Below, one piece after another: positions 36,901-49,019 of a DNA stretch of 64,000 nucleotides. A program made the translations under genes and the position numbers. The notes beneath the pieces are model-generated. The model saw only the letters and a program-made list of their open reading frames with translations, made no database searches and was not told the DNA's origin. The stretch is from Eledone cirrhosa (taxonomy: Eukaryota). Within the stretch, counting starts at the first letter, position 1, and the number at the start of each line of letters is the position of its first letter. The stretch spans positions 10,292,001 to 10,356,000 of the forward strand of contig OZ024757.1 of assembly GCA_964016885.1 (NCBI GenBank). Direction: 5' to 3'.

Positions 36901-39900
36901 TGGGGTTGAATTAAGTTGGGGTCGAGTTAAGTTGGGGTTGAGTTAAGTTGGGGTTAAGTTAAGTTGGGGTTAAGTTAAGTTGGAGTTAAGTTAAATTGGG
37001 GTTAAGTTAAGTTGGGGTTAAGTTAAGTCGGAGTAAAGTTAAGTTGGGGTTAAGTTAAGTTGGGGGTAAGTTAAGTTGTGGTTAAGTTAAGTTGGCGTTA
37101 AGTTGGGGTTAAGTTAAGTTGGGGTTGAGTTAAGTTGGCGTTAAATTAAGTTGGGGTTAAGTTAAGTTGGGGTTACGTTAAGTTGGGGTTAAGTCAAGTT
37201 GGGGTTAAATCAAGTTGGGGTTAACTTAAGTTTGGATTAACTTAAGTTGGGTTAACTTAAGTTGGGATTAAGTTGGGGTTAACTTAAGTTGGGGTTAAGT
37301 TAAGTTGGGGTTGAGTTAAGTTGGGGTTGAGTTAAGTTGGGGTTGAGTTAAGTTGGGGTTAATTTAAGTTGGGGTTAAGTTAAGTTGGGGTTAAGTTAAG
37401 TTGGGATTAGATTAAGTAGGAGTTAAGTTAAGTTGGGGTTAAGTTAAGTTGTGGTTAAGTTAAGTTGGGGTTAAGTTAAGTTGGGGTTAAGTTAAGTTGG
37501 GGTTAACTTAAGTTGGGGTTAAGTTAAGTTGAGGCTAAGTTAAGTTGGGGCTGAGTTAACTTGGGGTTAAGTTAAGTTGGGGTTAAGTTAAGTTGGGGTT
37601 AAGGTAAGTTGGGGTTAAGTTAAGTTGGGGTTAAGTTAAGTTGGGGTTAAGTTAAGTTGGGGTTAACTTAAGTTGGGGTTAACTTAAGTTGGGGTTAAGT
37701 TGGGGTTAACTTAAGTTGGGGTTAATTTAAGTTGGGGTTGAGTTAAGTTGGGGTTGATTTCAGTTTGGGTTGAGTTAAGTTGGGGTTGTGTTAAGTTGGG
37801 GTTAAGTTAAGTTGGGGTTGTGTTAAGTTGGGGTTAAGTTAAGTTGGGGTTAAGTTAAGTTGGGGTTGAGTTAAGTTGGGATCGAGGTAAGTTGGGGTTG
37901 AGTTAAGTTGGGGTTAAGTTAAGTTGGGGTTAACTTAAGTTGGGGTTAACTTAAGTTGGGGTTAAGTTAAGTTGGGGTTAAGTTAAGTTGGGGTTAAGTT
38001 AAGTTGGGGTTAAGTTAAGTTGGGGTTAAGTTAAATTGGGGTTAAGTTAAGTTGGGGTTGAGTTAAGTTAGGGTCGAGTTAAGTTGGGGTTGAGTTAATT
38101 TGGGGTTGAATTAAGTTGGGGTTAGGTTAAGTTGGGGTTAAGTTAAATTTGGTTTAAGTTAAGTTGGGGTTAAGTTGGGGTTAAGTTAAGTTGGGATTAG
38201 ATTAAGTTGGGGTTAAGTTAAGTTGGGGTTGAGTTAAGTTGGGGTTAAGTTAAGTTGGCGTTAAGTTAAGTTGGGGTTAAGTTAAGTTGGGGTTAAGTTA
38301 AGTTGGGGTTAAGTTAAGTTGGGGTTAAGTTAAGTTGGGGTTAAGTTAAGTTGGAGTTAAGTTAAGTTGGGGTTAAGTCAAGTTGGGGTTGAGTTAATTT
38401 GGGGTTAAGTTAAGTTGGGGTTAAGTTAAGTTGGAGTTAAGTTAAGTTGGGGTTAAGTCAAGTTGGGGTTGAGTTAATTTGGGGTTGAATTAAGTTGGGG
38501 TTAGGTTAAGTTGGGGTTAAGTTAAGTTTGGTTTAAGTTAAGTTGGGGTTAAGTTAAGTTGGGGTTAAGTTAATTTGGGGTTAAGTTAAGTTGGGGTTGA
38601 GTTAAGTTGGGGTTGATTTAAGTTGGGGTTGAATTAAGTTGGGGTCGAGTTAAGTTGGGGTTGAGTTAAGTTGGGGTTAAGTTAAGTTGGGGTTAAGTTA
38701 AGTTGGAGTTAAGTTAAATTGGGGTTAAGTTAAGTTGGGGTTAAGTTAAGTCGGAGTAAAGTTAAGTTGGGGTTAAGTTAAGTTGGGGGTAAGTTAAGTT
38801 GTGGTTAAGTTAAGTTGGGGTTAAGTTGGGGTTAAGTTAAGTTGGGGTTGAGTTAAGTTGGGGTTGAATTAAGTTGGGATTGAGTTAAGTTGGAGTTAAG
38901 TTAAGTTGGGGTTAAGTTAAGTTGGGGTTAAGTTAAGTTGGCGTTAAATTAAGTTGGGGTTAAGTTAAGTTGGGGTTACGTTAAGTTGGGGATAAGTTAA
39001 GTTGGGGTTAAGTCAAGTTGGGGTTAAATCAAGTTGGGGTTAACTTAAGTTTGGATTAACTTAAGTTGGGTTAACTTAAGTTGGGATTAAGTTGGGGTTA
39101 ACTTAAGTTGGGGTTAAGTTAAGTTGGCGTTGAGTTAAGTTGGGGTTGAGTTAAGTTGGGGTTGAGTTAAGTTGGGGTTGAGTTAAGTTGGGGTCGAGTT
39201 AAGTTGGGGTTGATTTAAGTTGGGGTTAAGTTAAGTTGGGGTTAAGTTAAGTTGGGGTTAAGTTAAGTTGGGATTAGATTAAGTAGGAGTTAAGTTAAGT
39301 TGGGGTTAATTTAAGTTGTGGTTAAGTTAAGTTGGGGTTAAGTTAAGTTGGGGTTAAGTTAAGTTGGGGTTAACTTAAGTTGGAGTTAAGTTAAGTTGGG
39401 GTTAAGTTAAGTTGAGGCTATTTAAGTTGGGGCTGAGTTAACTTGGGGTTAAGTTAAGTTGGGGTTAAGTTAAGTTGGGGTTAAGGTAAGTTGGGGTTAA
39501 GTTAAGTTGGGGTTAAGTTAAGTTGGGGTTAAGTTAAGTTGGGGTTAACTTAAGTTGGGGTTAAGTTGGGGTTAACTTAAGTTGGGGTTAATTTAAGTTG
39601 GGGTTGAGTTAAGTTGGGGTTGATTTCAGTTTGGGTTGAGTTAAGTTGGGGTCGAGTTAAGTTGGGGTTGTGTTAAGTGGGGGTTAAGTTAAGTTGGGGT
39701 TAAGTTAAGTTGGGGTTGCGTTAAGTTGGGATCGAGGTAAGTTGGGGTTAAGTTAAGTTGGGGTTAAGTTAAGTTGTGGTTAAGTTAAGTTGGGGTTAAG
39801 TTAAGTTGGGGTTAAGTTAAGTTGGGGTTAAGGTAAGTTGGGGTTAAGTTAAGTTGGGGTTAAGTTAAGTTGGGGTTAACTTAAGTTGGGGTTAACTTAA

Positions 39901-42900
39901 GTTGGGGTTAAGTTGGGGTTAACTTAAGTTGGGGTTAAGTTGGGGTTAACTTAAGTTGGGGTTAAGTTAAGTTGGGGTTGATTTAAGTTGGGGTTGAGTT
40001 AAGTTGGAGTCGAGTTAAGTTGGGGTTGAGTTAAGTTGGCGTTAAGTTAAGTTGGGGTTAAGTTAAGTTGGAGTTAAGTTAAGTTGGGGTTAAGTTAAGT
40101 TGGGGTTAAGTTAAGTTGGGGGTAAGTTAAGTTGGGGTTAAGTTAAGTTGGGGTTAAGTTAAGGTGGGATTAGGTTAAGTTGGGGTTAAGTTAAGTTGGG
40201 GTTAAGTGAAGTTGTGGTTAAGTTAAGTTGGGGTTAAGTTAAGTTGGGGTTAAGTTAAGTTGGGGTTAAGGTAAGTTGGGGTTAAGTTAAGTTGGGGTTA
40301 AGTTAAGTTGGGGTTAAGTTAAGTTGGGGGTAAGTTAAGTTGGGGTTAAGTTAAGTTGGGGGTAAGTTAAGTTGGGGTTAAGTTAAGTTGGGGTTAAGTT
40401 AAGGTGGGATTAGGTTAAGTTGGGGTTAAGTTAAGTTGGGGTTAAGTTAAGTTGTGGTTAAGTTAAGTTGGGGTTAAGTTAAGTTGGGGTTAAGTTAAGT
40501 TGGGGTTAAGGTAAGTTGGGGTTAAGTTAAGTTGGGGTTAAGTTAAGTTGGGGTTAAGTTAAGTTGGGGTTAACTTAAGTTGGGGTTAACTTAAGTTGGG
40601 GTTAAGTTGGGGTTAACTTAAGTTGGGGTTAAGTTGGGGTTAACTTAAGTTGGGGTTAAGTTAAGTTGGGGTTGATTTAAGTTGGGGTTGAGTTAAGTTG
40701 GAGTCGAGTTAAGTTGGGGTTGAGTTAAGTTGGGGTTAAGTTAAGTTGGGGTTAAGTTAAGTTGGAGTTAAGTTAAGTTGGGGTTAAGTTAAGTTGAGGT
40801 TAAGTTAAGTCGGACTTAAGTTAAGTTGGGGTTAAGTTAAGTTGGGGGTAAGTTAAGTTGTGGTTAAGTTAAGTTGGGGTTAAGTTGGGGTTAAGTTAAG
40901 TTGGGGTTAAGTTAAGTGGGGTTGAGTTAAGTTGGAGTTAAGTTAAGTTGGGGTTAATTTAAGTTGGGGTTAAGTTAAGTCGGGGTAAAGTTAAGTTGGG
41001 GTTAAGTTAAGTTGGGGGTAAGTTAATTTGGGGTTAAGTTAAGTTGGGGTTTAGTTAATTTGGGGTTAAGTCAAGTTGGGGTTAAGTCAAGTTGGGGTTA
41101 AGTTAAGTTGGGGTTAAGTTAAGTCGGGGTTAAGTTAAGTTGGGGTTAATTTAAGTTGGGGTAAGTTAAGTTGGGGTTAAGTTAAGTTGGGGTTTACTTA
41201 AGTTGGGGTTAAGTCAAGTTGGGGTTAAGTCAAGTTGGGGTTAAGTCAAGTTGGGGTTAAATTAAGTTGGGGTTAAGTTAAGTTGGGGTTAAATTAAGTT
41301 GGGGTTAAGTTAAGTTGTGGTTAAGTTAAGTTGGGGTTAAGTCAAGTTGGGGTTAAATCAAGTTGGGGTTAACTTAAGTTTGGATTAACTTAAGTTGGGT
41401 TAACTTAAGTTGGGGTTAAGTTGGGCTTAACTTAAGTTGGGGTTAAGTTAAGTTGGGGTTGAGTTAAGTTGGGGTTGAGTTAAGTTGGGGTTGAGTTAAG
41501 TTGGGGTTGAGTTAAGTTGGGGTCGAGTTAAGTTGGGGTTGAGTTAAGTTGGGGTTAAGTTAAGTTGGGGTTAAGTTGGGGTTAAGTTAAGTTGGGATTA
41601 GGTTAAGTTGGGGTTAAGTTAAGTTGGGGTTAAGTTAAGTCGGAGTAAAGTTAAGTTGGGGGTAAGTTAAGTTGTGGTTAAGTTAAGTTGGGGTTAAGTT
41701 GGGGTTAAGTTAAGTTGGGGTTGAATTAAGTTGGGGTTGAATTAAGTTGGGATTGAGTTAAGTTGGAGTTAAGTTAAGTCGGGGTTAAGTTAAGTTGGGG
41801 TTAAGTTAAGTTGGCGTTAAATTAAGTTGGGGTTAAGTTAAGTTGGGGTTACGTTAAGTTGGGGTTAAGTCAAGTTGGGGTTAAATCAAGTTGGGGTTAA
41901 CTTAAGTTTGGATTAACTTAAGTTGGGTTAACTTAAGTTGGGATTAAGTTGGGGTTAACTTAAGTTGGGGTTAAGTTAAGTTGGGGTTGAGTTAAGTTGG
42001 GGTTGAGTTAAGTTGGGGTTGAGTTAAGTTGGGGTTAATTTAAGTTGGGGTTAAGTTAAGTTGGGGTTAAGTTAAGTTGGGATTAGATTAAGTAGGAGTT
42101 AAGTTAAGTTGGGGTTAAGTTAAGTTGTGGTTAAGTTAAGTTGGGGTTAAGTTAAGTTGGGGTTAAGTTAAGTTGGGGTTAACTTAAGTTGGGGTTAAGT
42201 TAAGTTGAGGCTAAGTTAAGTTGGGGCTGAGTTAACTTGGGGTTAAGTTAAGTTGGGGTTAAGTTAAGTTGGGGTTAAGGTAAGTTGGGGTTAAGTTAAG
42301 TTGGGGTTAAGTTAAGTTGGGGTTAAGTTAAGTTGGGGTTAACTTAAGTTGGGGTTAACTTAAGTTGGGGTTAAGTTGGGGTTAACTTAAGTTGGGGTTA
42401 ATTTAAGTTGGGGTTGAGTTAAGTTGGGGTTGATTTCAGTTTGGGTTGAGTTAAGTTGGGGTTGTGTTAAGTTGGGGTTAAGTTAAGTTGGGGTTAAGTT
42501 AAGTTGGGGTTGAGTTAAGTTGGGATCGAGGTAAGTTGGGGTTGAGTTAAGTTGGGTTTAAGTTAAGTTGGGGTTAACTTAAGTTGGGGTTAACTTAAGT
42601 TGGGGTTAAGTTAAGTTGGGGTTAAGTTAAGTTGGGGTTAAGTTAAGTTGGGGTTAAGTTAAGTTGGGGTTAAGTTAAATTGGGGTTAAGTTAAGTTGGG
42701 GTTGAGTTAAGTTAGGGTCGAGTTAAGTTGGGGTTGAGTTAATTTGGGGTTGAATTAAGTTGGGGTTAGGTTAAGTTGGGGTTAAGTTAAATTTGGTTTA
42801 AGTTAAGTTGGGGTTAAGTTGGGGTTAAGTTAAGTTGGGATTAGATTAAGTTGGGGTTAAGTTAAGTTGGGGTTGAGTTAAGTTGGGGTTAAGTTAAGTT

Positions 42901-43500
42901 GGCGTTAAGTTAAGTTGGGGTTAAGTTAAGTTGGGGTTAAGTTAAGTTGGGGTTAAGTTAAGTTGGGGTTAAGTTAAGTTGGGGTTAAGTTAAGTTGGAG
43001 TTAAGTTAAGTTGGGGTTAAGTCAAGTTGGGGTTGAGTTAATTTGGGGTTAAGTTAAGTTGGGGTTAAGTTAAGTTGGAGTTAAGTTAAGTTGGGGTTAA
43101 GTCAAGTTGGGGTTGAGTTAATTTGGGGTTGAATTAAGTTGGGGTTAGGTTAAGTTGGGGTTAAGTTAAGTTTGGTTTAAGTTAAGTTGGGGTTAAGTTA
43201 AGTTGGGGTTAAGTTAATTTGGGGTTAAGTTAAGTTGGGGTTGAGTTAAGTTGGGGTTGATTTAAGTTGGGGTTGAATTAAGTTGGGGTCGAGTTAAGTT
43301 GGGGTTGAGTTAAGTTGGGGTTAAGTTAAGTTGGGGTTAAGTTAAGTTGGAGTTAAGTTAAATTGGGGTTAAGTTAAGTTGGGGTTAAGTTAAGTCGGAG
43401 TAAAGTTAAGTTGGGGTTAAGTTAAGTTGGGGGTAAGTTAAGTTGTGGTTAAGTTAAGTTGGCGTTAAGTTGGGGTTAAGTTAAGTTGGGGTTGAGTTAA
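30930..43500 (+). repeat. Tandem duplication of a ~6.2-6.4-kb block (~30.9-37.1 kb and ~37.1-43.5 kb)
   Basis: GATTTCAG pairs 31565/37756, 33399/39622 and 36065/42432; TTGCG 33495/39718; TCGGACTTAAG 34411/40810; GGCG 11-mer 37094/43461. Offsets of 6191, 6223, 6399 and 6367 differ by multiples of 16. Confidence 0.85.
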
Positions 43501-46500
43501 GTTGGGGTTGAATTAAGTTGGGATTGAGTTAAGTTGGAGTTAAGTTAAGTTGGGGTTAAGTTAAGTTGGGGTTAAGTTAAGTTGGCGTTAAATTAAGTTG
43601 GGGTTAAGTTAAGTTGGGGTTACGTTAAGTTGGGGATAAGTTAAGTTGGGGTTAAGTCAAGTTGGGGTTAAATCAAGTTGGGGTTAACTTAAGTTTGGAT
43701 TAACTTAAGTTGGGTTAACTTAAGTTGGGATTAAGTTGGGGTTAACTTAAGTTGGGGTTAAGTTAAGTTGGCGTTGAGTTAAGTTGGGGTTGAGTTAAGT
43801 TGGGGTTGAGTTAAGTTGGGGTTGAGTTAAATTGGGGTCGAGTTAAGTTGGGGTTGATTTAAGTTGGGGTTAAGTTAAGTTGGGGTTAAGTTAAGTTGGG
43901 GTTAAGTTAAGTTGGGATTAGATTAAGTAGGAGTTAAGTTAAGTTGGGGTTAATTTAAGTTGTGGTTAAGTTAAGTTGGGGTTAAGTTAAGTTGGGGTTA
44001 AGTTAAGTTGGGGTTAACTTAAGTTGGAGTTAAGTTAAGTTGGGGTTAAGTTAAGTTGAGGCTATTTAAGTTGGGGCTGAGTTAACTTGGGGTTAAGTTA
44101 AGTTGGGGTTAAGTTAAATGGGGTTAAGGTAAGTTGGGGTTAAGTTAAGTTGGGGTTAAGTTAAGTTGGGGTTAAGTTAAGTTGGGGTTAACTTAAGTTG
44201 GGGTTAAGTTGGGGTTAACTTAAGTTGGGGTTAATTTAAGTTGGGGTTGAGTTAAGTTGGGGTTGATTTCAGTTTGGGTTGAGTTAAGTTGGGGTCGAGT
44301 TAAGTTGGGGTTGTGTTAAGTGGGGGTTAAGTTAAGTTGGGGTTAAGTTAAGTTGGGGTTGAGTTAAGTTGGGATCGAGGTAAGTTGGGGTTAAGTTAAG
44401 TTGGGGTTAAGTTAAGTTGTGGTTAAGTTAAGTTGGGGTTAAGTTAAGTTGGGGTTAAGTTAAGTTGGGGTTAAGGTAAGTTGGGGTTAAGTTAAGTTGG
44501 GGTTAAGTTAAGTTGGGGTTAACTTAAGTTGGGGTTAACTTAAGTTGGGGTTAAGTTGGGGTTAACTTAAGTTGGGGTTAAGTTGGGGTTAACTTAAGTT
44601 GGGGTTAAGTTAAGTTGGGGTTGATTTAAGTTGGGGTTGAGTTAAGTTGGAGTCGAGTTAAGTTGGGGTTGAGTTAAGTTGGGGTTAAGTTAAGTTGGGG
44701 TTAAGTTAAGTTGGAGTTAAGTTAAGTTGGGGTTAAGTTAAGTTGGGGTTAAGTTAAGTTGGGGTTAAGTTAAGTTGGGGTTAAGTTAAGTTGGGGTTAA
44801 GGTAAGTTGGGGTTAAGTTAAGTTGGGGTTAAGTTAAGTTGGGGTTAAGTTAAGTTGGGGTTAACTTAAGTTGGGGTTAACTTAAGTTGGGGTTAAGTTG
44901 GGGTTAACTTAAGTTGGGGTTAATTTAAGTTGGGGTTGAGTTAAGTTGGGGTTGATTTCAGTTTGGGTTGAGTTAAGTTGGGGTTTTGTTAAGTTGGGGT
45001 TAAGTTAAGTTGGGGTTAAGTTAAGTTGGGGTTGAGTTAAGTTGGGATCGAGGTAAGTTGGGGTTGAGTTAAGTTGGGGTTAAGTTAAGTTGGGGTTAAC
45101 TTAAGTTGGGGTTAACTTAAGTTGGGGTTAAGTTAAGTTGGGGTTAAGTTAAGTTGGGGTTAAGTTAAGTTGGGGTTAAGTTAAGTTGGGGTTAAGTTAA
45201 ATTGGGGTTAAGTTAAGTTGGGGTTGAGTTAAGTTAGGGTCGAGTTAAGTTGGGGTTGAGTTAATTTGGGGTTGAATTAAGTTGGGGTTAGGTTAAGTTG
45301 GGGTTAAGTTAAATTTGGTTTAAGTTAAGTTGGGGTTAAGTTAAGTTGGGGTTAAGTTAAGTTGGGATTAGATTAAGTTGGGGTTAAGTTAAGTTGGGGT
45401 TGAGTTAAGTTGGGGTTAAGTTAAGTTGGCGTTAAGTTAAGTTGGGGTTAAGTTAAGTTGGGGTTAAGTTAAGTTGGGGTTAAGTTAAGTTGGGGTTAAG
45501 TTAAGTTGGGGTTAAGTTAAGTTGGAGTTAAGTTAAGTTGGGGTTAAGTCAAGTTGGGGTTGAGTTAATTTGGGGTTAAGTTAAGTTGGGGTTAAGTTAA
45601 GTTGGAGTTAAGTTAAGTTGGGGTTAAGTCAAGTTGGGGTTGAGTTAATTTGGGGTTGAATTAAGTTGGGGTTAGGTTAAGTTGGGGTTAAGTTAAGTTT
45701 GGTTTAAGTTAAGTTGGGGTTAAGTTAAGTTGGGGTTAAGTTAATTTGAGGTTAAGTTAAGTTGGGGTTGAGTTAAGTTGGGGTTGATTTAAGTTGGGGT
45801 TGAATTAAGTTGGGGTCGAGTTAAGTTGGGGTTGAGTTAAGTTGGGGTTAAGTTAAGTTGGGGTTAAGTTAAGTTGGAGTTAAGTTAAATTGGGGTTAAG
45901 TTAAGTTGGGGTTAAGTTAAGTCGGAGTAAAGTTAAGTTGGGGTTAAGTTAAGTTGGGGGTAAGTTAAGTTGTGGTTAAGTTAAGTTGGGGTTAAGTTGG
46001 GGTTAAGTTAAGTTGGGGTTGAGTTAAGTTGGGGTTGAATTAAGTTGGGATTGAGTTAAGTTGGAGTTAAGTTAAGTTGGGGTTAAGTTAAGTTGGGGTT
46101 AAGTTAAGTTGGCGTTAAATTAAGTTGGGGTTAAGTTAAGTTGGTATTACGTTAAGTTGGGGATAAGTTAAGTTGGGGTTAAGTCAAGTTGGGGTTAAAT
46201 CAAGTTGGGGTTAACTTAAGTTTGGATTAACTTAAGTTGGGTTAACTTAAGTTGGGATTAAGTTGGGGTTAACTTAAGTTGGGGTTAAGTTAAGTTGGCG
46301 TTGAGTTAAGTTGGGGTTGAGTTAAGTTGGGGTTGAGTTAAGTTGGGGTTGAGTTAAGTTGGGGTCGAGTTAAGTTGGGGTTGATTTAAGTTGGGGTTAA
46401 GTTAAGTTGGGGTTAAGTTAAGTTGGGGTTAAGTTAAGTTGGGATTAGATTAAGTAGGAGTTAAGTTAAGTTGGGGTTAATTTAAGTTGTGGTTAAGTTA

Positions 46501-49019
46501 AGTTGGGGTTAAGTTAAGTTGGGGTTAAGTTAAGTTGGGGTTAACTTAAGTTGGAGTTAAGTTAAGTTGGGGTTAAGTTAAGTTGAGGCTATTTAAGTTG
46601 GGGCTGAGTTAACTTGGGGTTAAGTTAAGTTGGGGTTAAGTTAAGTTGGGGTTAAGGTAAGTTGGGGTTAAGTTAAGTTGGGGTTAAGTTAAGTTGGGGT
46701 TAAGTTAAGTTGGGGTTAACTTAAGTTGGGGTTAAGTTGGGGTTAACTTAAGTTGGGGTTAATTTAAGTTGGGGTTGAGTTAAGTTGGGGTTGATTTCAG
46801 TTTGGGTTGAGTTAAGTTGGGGTCGAGTTAAGTTGGGGTTGTGTTAAGTGGGGGTTAAGTTAAGTTGGGGTTAAGTTAAGTTGGGGTTGAGTTAAGTTGG
46901 GATCGAGGTAAGTTGGGGTTGAGTTAAGTTGGGGTTGATTTAAGTTGGGGTTGAGGTAAGTTGGAGTCGAGTTAAGTTGGGGTTGAGTTAAGTTGGGGTT
47001 AAGTTAAGTTGGGGTTAAGTTAAGTTGGGGTTAATTTAAGTCGGAGTTAAGTTAAGTTGGGGTTAAGTTAAGTTGGGGGTAAGTTAAGTTGTGGTTAAGT
47101 TAAGTTGGGGTTAAGTTGGGGTTAAGTTAAGTTGGGGTTAAGTTAAGTGGGGTTGAGTTAAGTTGGAGTTAAGTTAAGTTGGGGTTAATTTAAGTTGGGG
47201 TTAAGTTAAGTCGGGGTAAAGTTAAGTTGGGGTTAAGTTAAGTTGGGGGTAAGTTAATTTGGGGTTAAGTTAAGTTGGGGTTTAGTTAATTTGGGGTTAA
47301 GTCAAGTTGGGGTTAAGTCAAGTTGGGGTTAAGTTAAGTTGGGGTTAAGTTAAGTCGGGGTTAAGTTAAGTTGGGGTTAAGTTAAGTCGGAGTAAAGTTA
47401 AGTTGGGGTTAAGTTAAGTTGGGGGTAAGTTAAGTTGTGGTTAAGTTAAGTTGGCGTTAAGTTGGGGTTAAGTTAAGTTGGGGTTGAGTTAAGTTGGGGT
47501 TGAATTAAGTTGGGATTGAGTTAAGTTGGAGTTAAGTTAAGTTGGGGTTAAGTTAAGTTGGGGTTAAGTTAAGTTGGCGTTAAATTAAGTTGGGGTTAAG
47601 TTAAGTTGGGGTTACGTTAAGTTGGGGATAAGTTAAGTTGGGGTTAAGTCAAGTTGGGGTTAAATCAAGTTGGGGTTAACTTAAGTTTGGATTAACTTAA
47701 GTTGGGTTAACTTAAGTTGGGATTAAGTTGGGGTTAACTTAAGTTGGGGTTAAGTTAAGTTGGCGTTGAGTTAAGTTGGGGTTGAGTTAAGTTGGGGTTG
47801 AGTTAAGTTGGGGTTGAGTTAAATTGGGGTCGAGTTAAGTTGGGGTTGATTTAAGTTGGGGTTAAGTTAAGTTGGGGTTAAGTTAAGTTGGGGTTAAGTT
47901 AAGTTGGGATTAGATTAAGTAGGAGTTAAGTTAAGTTGGGGTTAATTTAAGTTGTGGTTAAGTTAAGTTGGGGTTAAGTTAAGTTGGGGTTAAGTTAAGT
48001 TGGGGTTAACTTAAGTTGGAGTTAAGTTAAGTTGGGGTTAAGTTAAGTTGAGGCTATTTAAGTTGGGGCTGAGTTAACTTGGGGTTAAGTTAAGTTGGGG
48101 TTAAGTTAAATGGGGTTAAGGTAAGTTGGGGTTAAGTTAAGTTGGGGTTAAGTTAAGTTGGGGTTAAGTTAAGTTGGGGTTAACTTAAGTTGGGGTTAAG
48201 TTGGGGTTAACTTAAGTTGGGGTTAATTTAAGTTGGGGTTGAGTTAAGTTGGGGTTGATTTCAGTTTGGGTTGAGTTAAGTTGGGGTCGAGTTAAGTTGG
48301 GGTTGTGTTAAGTGGGGGTTAAGTTAAGTTGGGGTTAAGTTAAGTTGGGGTTGAGTTAAGTTGGGATCGAGGTAAGTTGGGGTTAAGTTAAGTTGGGGTT
48401 AAGTTAAGTTGTGGTTAAGTTAAGTTGGGGTTAAGTTAAGTTGGGGTTAAGTTAAGTTGGGGTTAAGGTAAGTTGGGGTTAAGTTAAGTTGGGGTTAAGT
48501 TAAGTTGGGGTTAACTTAAGTTGGGGTTAACTTAAGTTGGGGTTAAGTTGGGGTTAACTTAAGTTGGGGTTAAGTTGGGGTTAACTTAAGTTGGGGTTAA
48601 GTTAAGTTGGGGTTGATTTAAGTTGGGGTTGAGTTAAGTTGGAGTCGAGTTAAGTTGGGGTTGAGTTAAGTTGGGGTTAAGTTAAGTTGGGGTTAAGTTA
48701 AGTTGGAGTTAAGTTAAGTTGGGGTTAAGTTAAGTTGGGGTTAAGTTAAGTTGGGGTTAAGTTAAGTTGGGGTTAAGTTAAGTTGGGGTTAAGGTAAGTT
48801 GGGGTTAAGTTAAGTTGGGGTTAAGTTAAGTTGGGGTTAAGTTAAGTTGGGGTTAACTTAAGTTGGGGTTAACTTAAGTTGGGGTTAAGTTGGGGTTAAC
48901 TTAAGTTGGGGTTAATTTAAGTTGGGGTTGAGTTAAGTTGGGGTTGATTTCAGTTTGGGTTGAGTTAAGTTGGGGTTTTGTTAAGTTGGGGTTAAGTTAA
49001 GTTGGGGTTAAGTTAAGTT
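41311..49019 (+). repeat. First copy of a near-identical long duplication, offset 14,981 bp
   Basis: Six GATTTCAG markers (42432, 44265, 44954, 46793, 48257, 48946) plus GGTATTACG at 46143 and GTCAAG at 41341 all recur at +14,981. Confidence 0.9.

Noticed and set aside
34038-41310. An upstream third copy of the 14,981-bp unit
   Set aside because: Markers at 50780, 53562 and 55396 have no counterpart at -14,981 (35799, 38581, 40415). The match begins only at ~41311.
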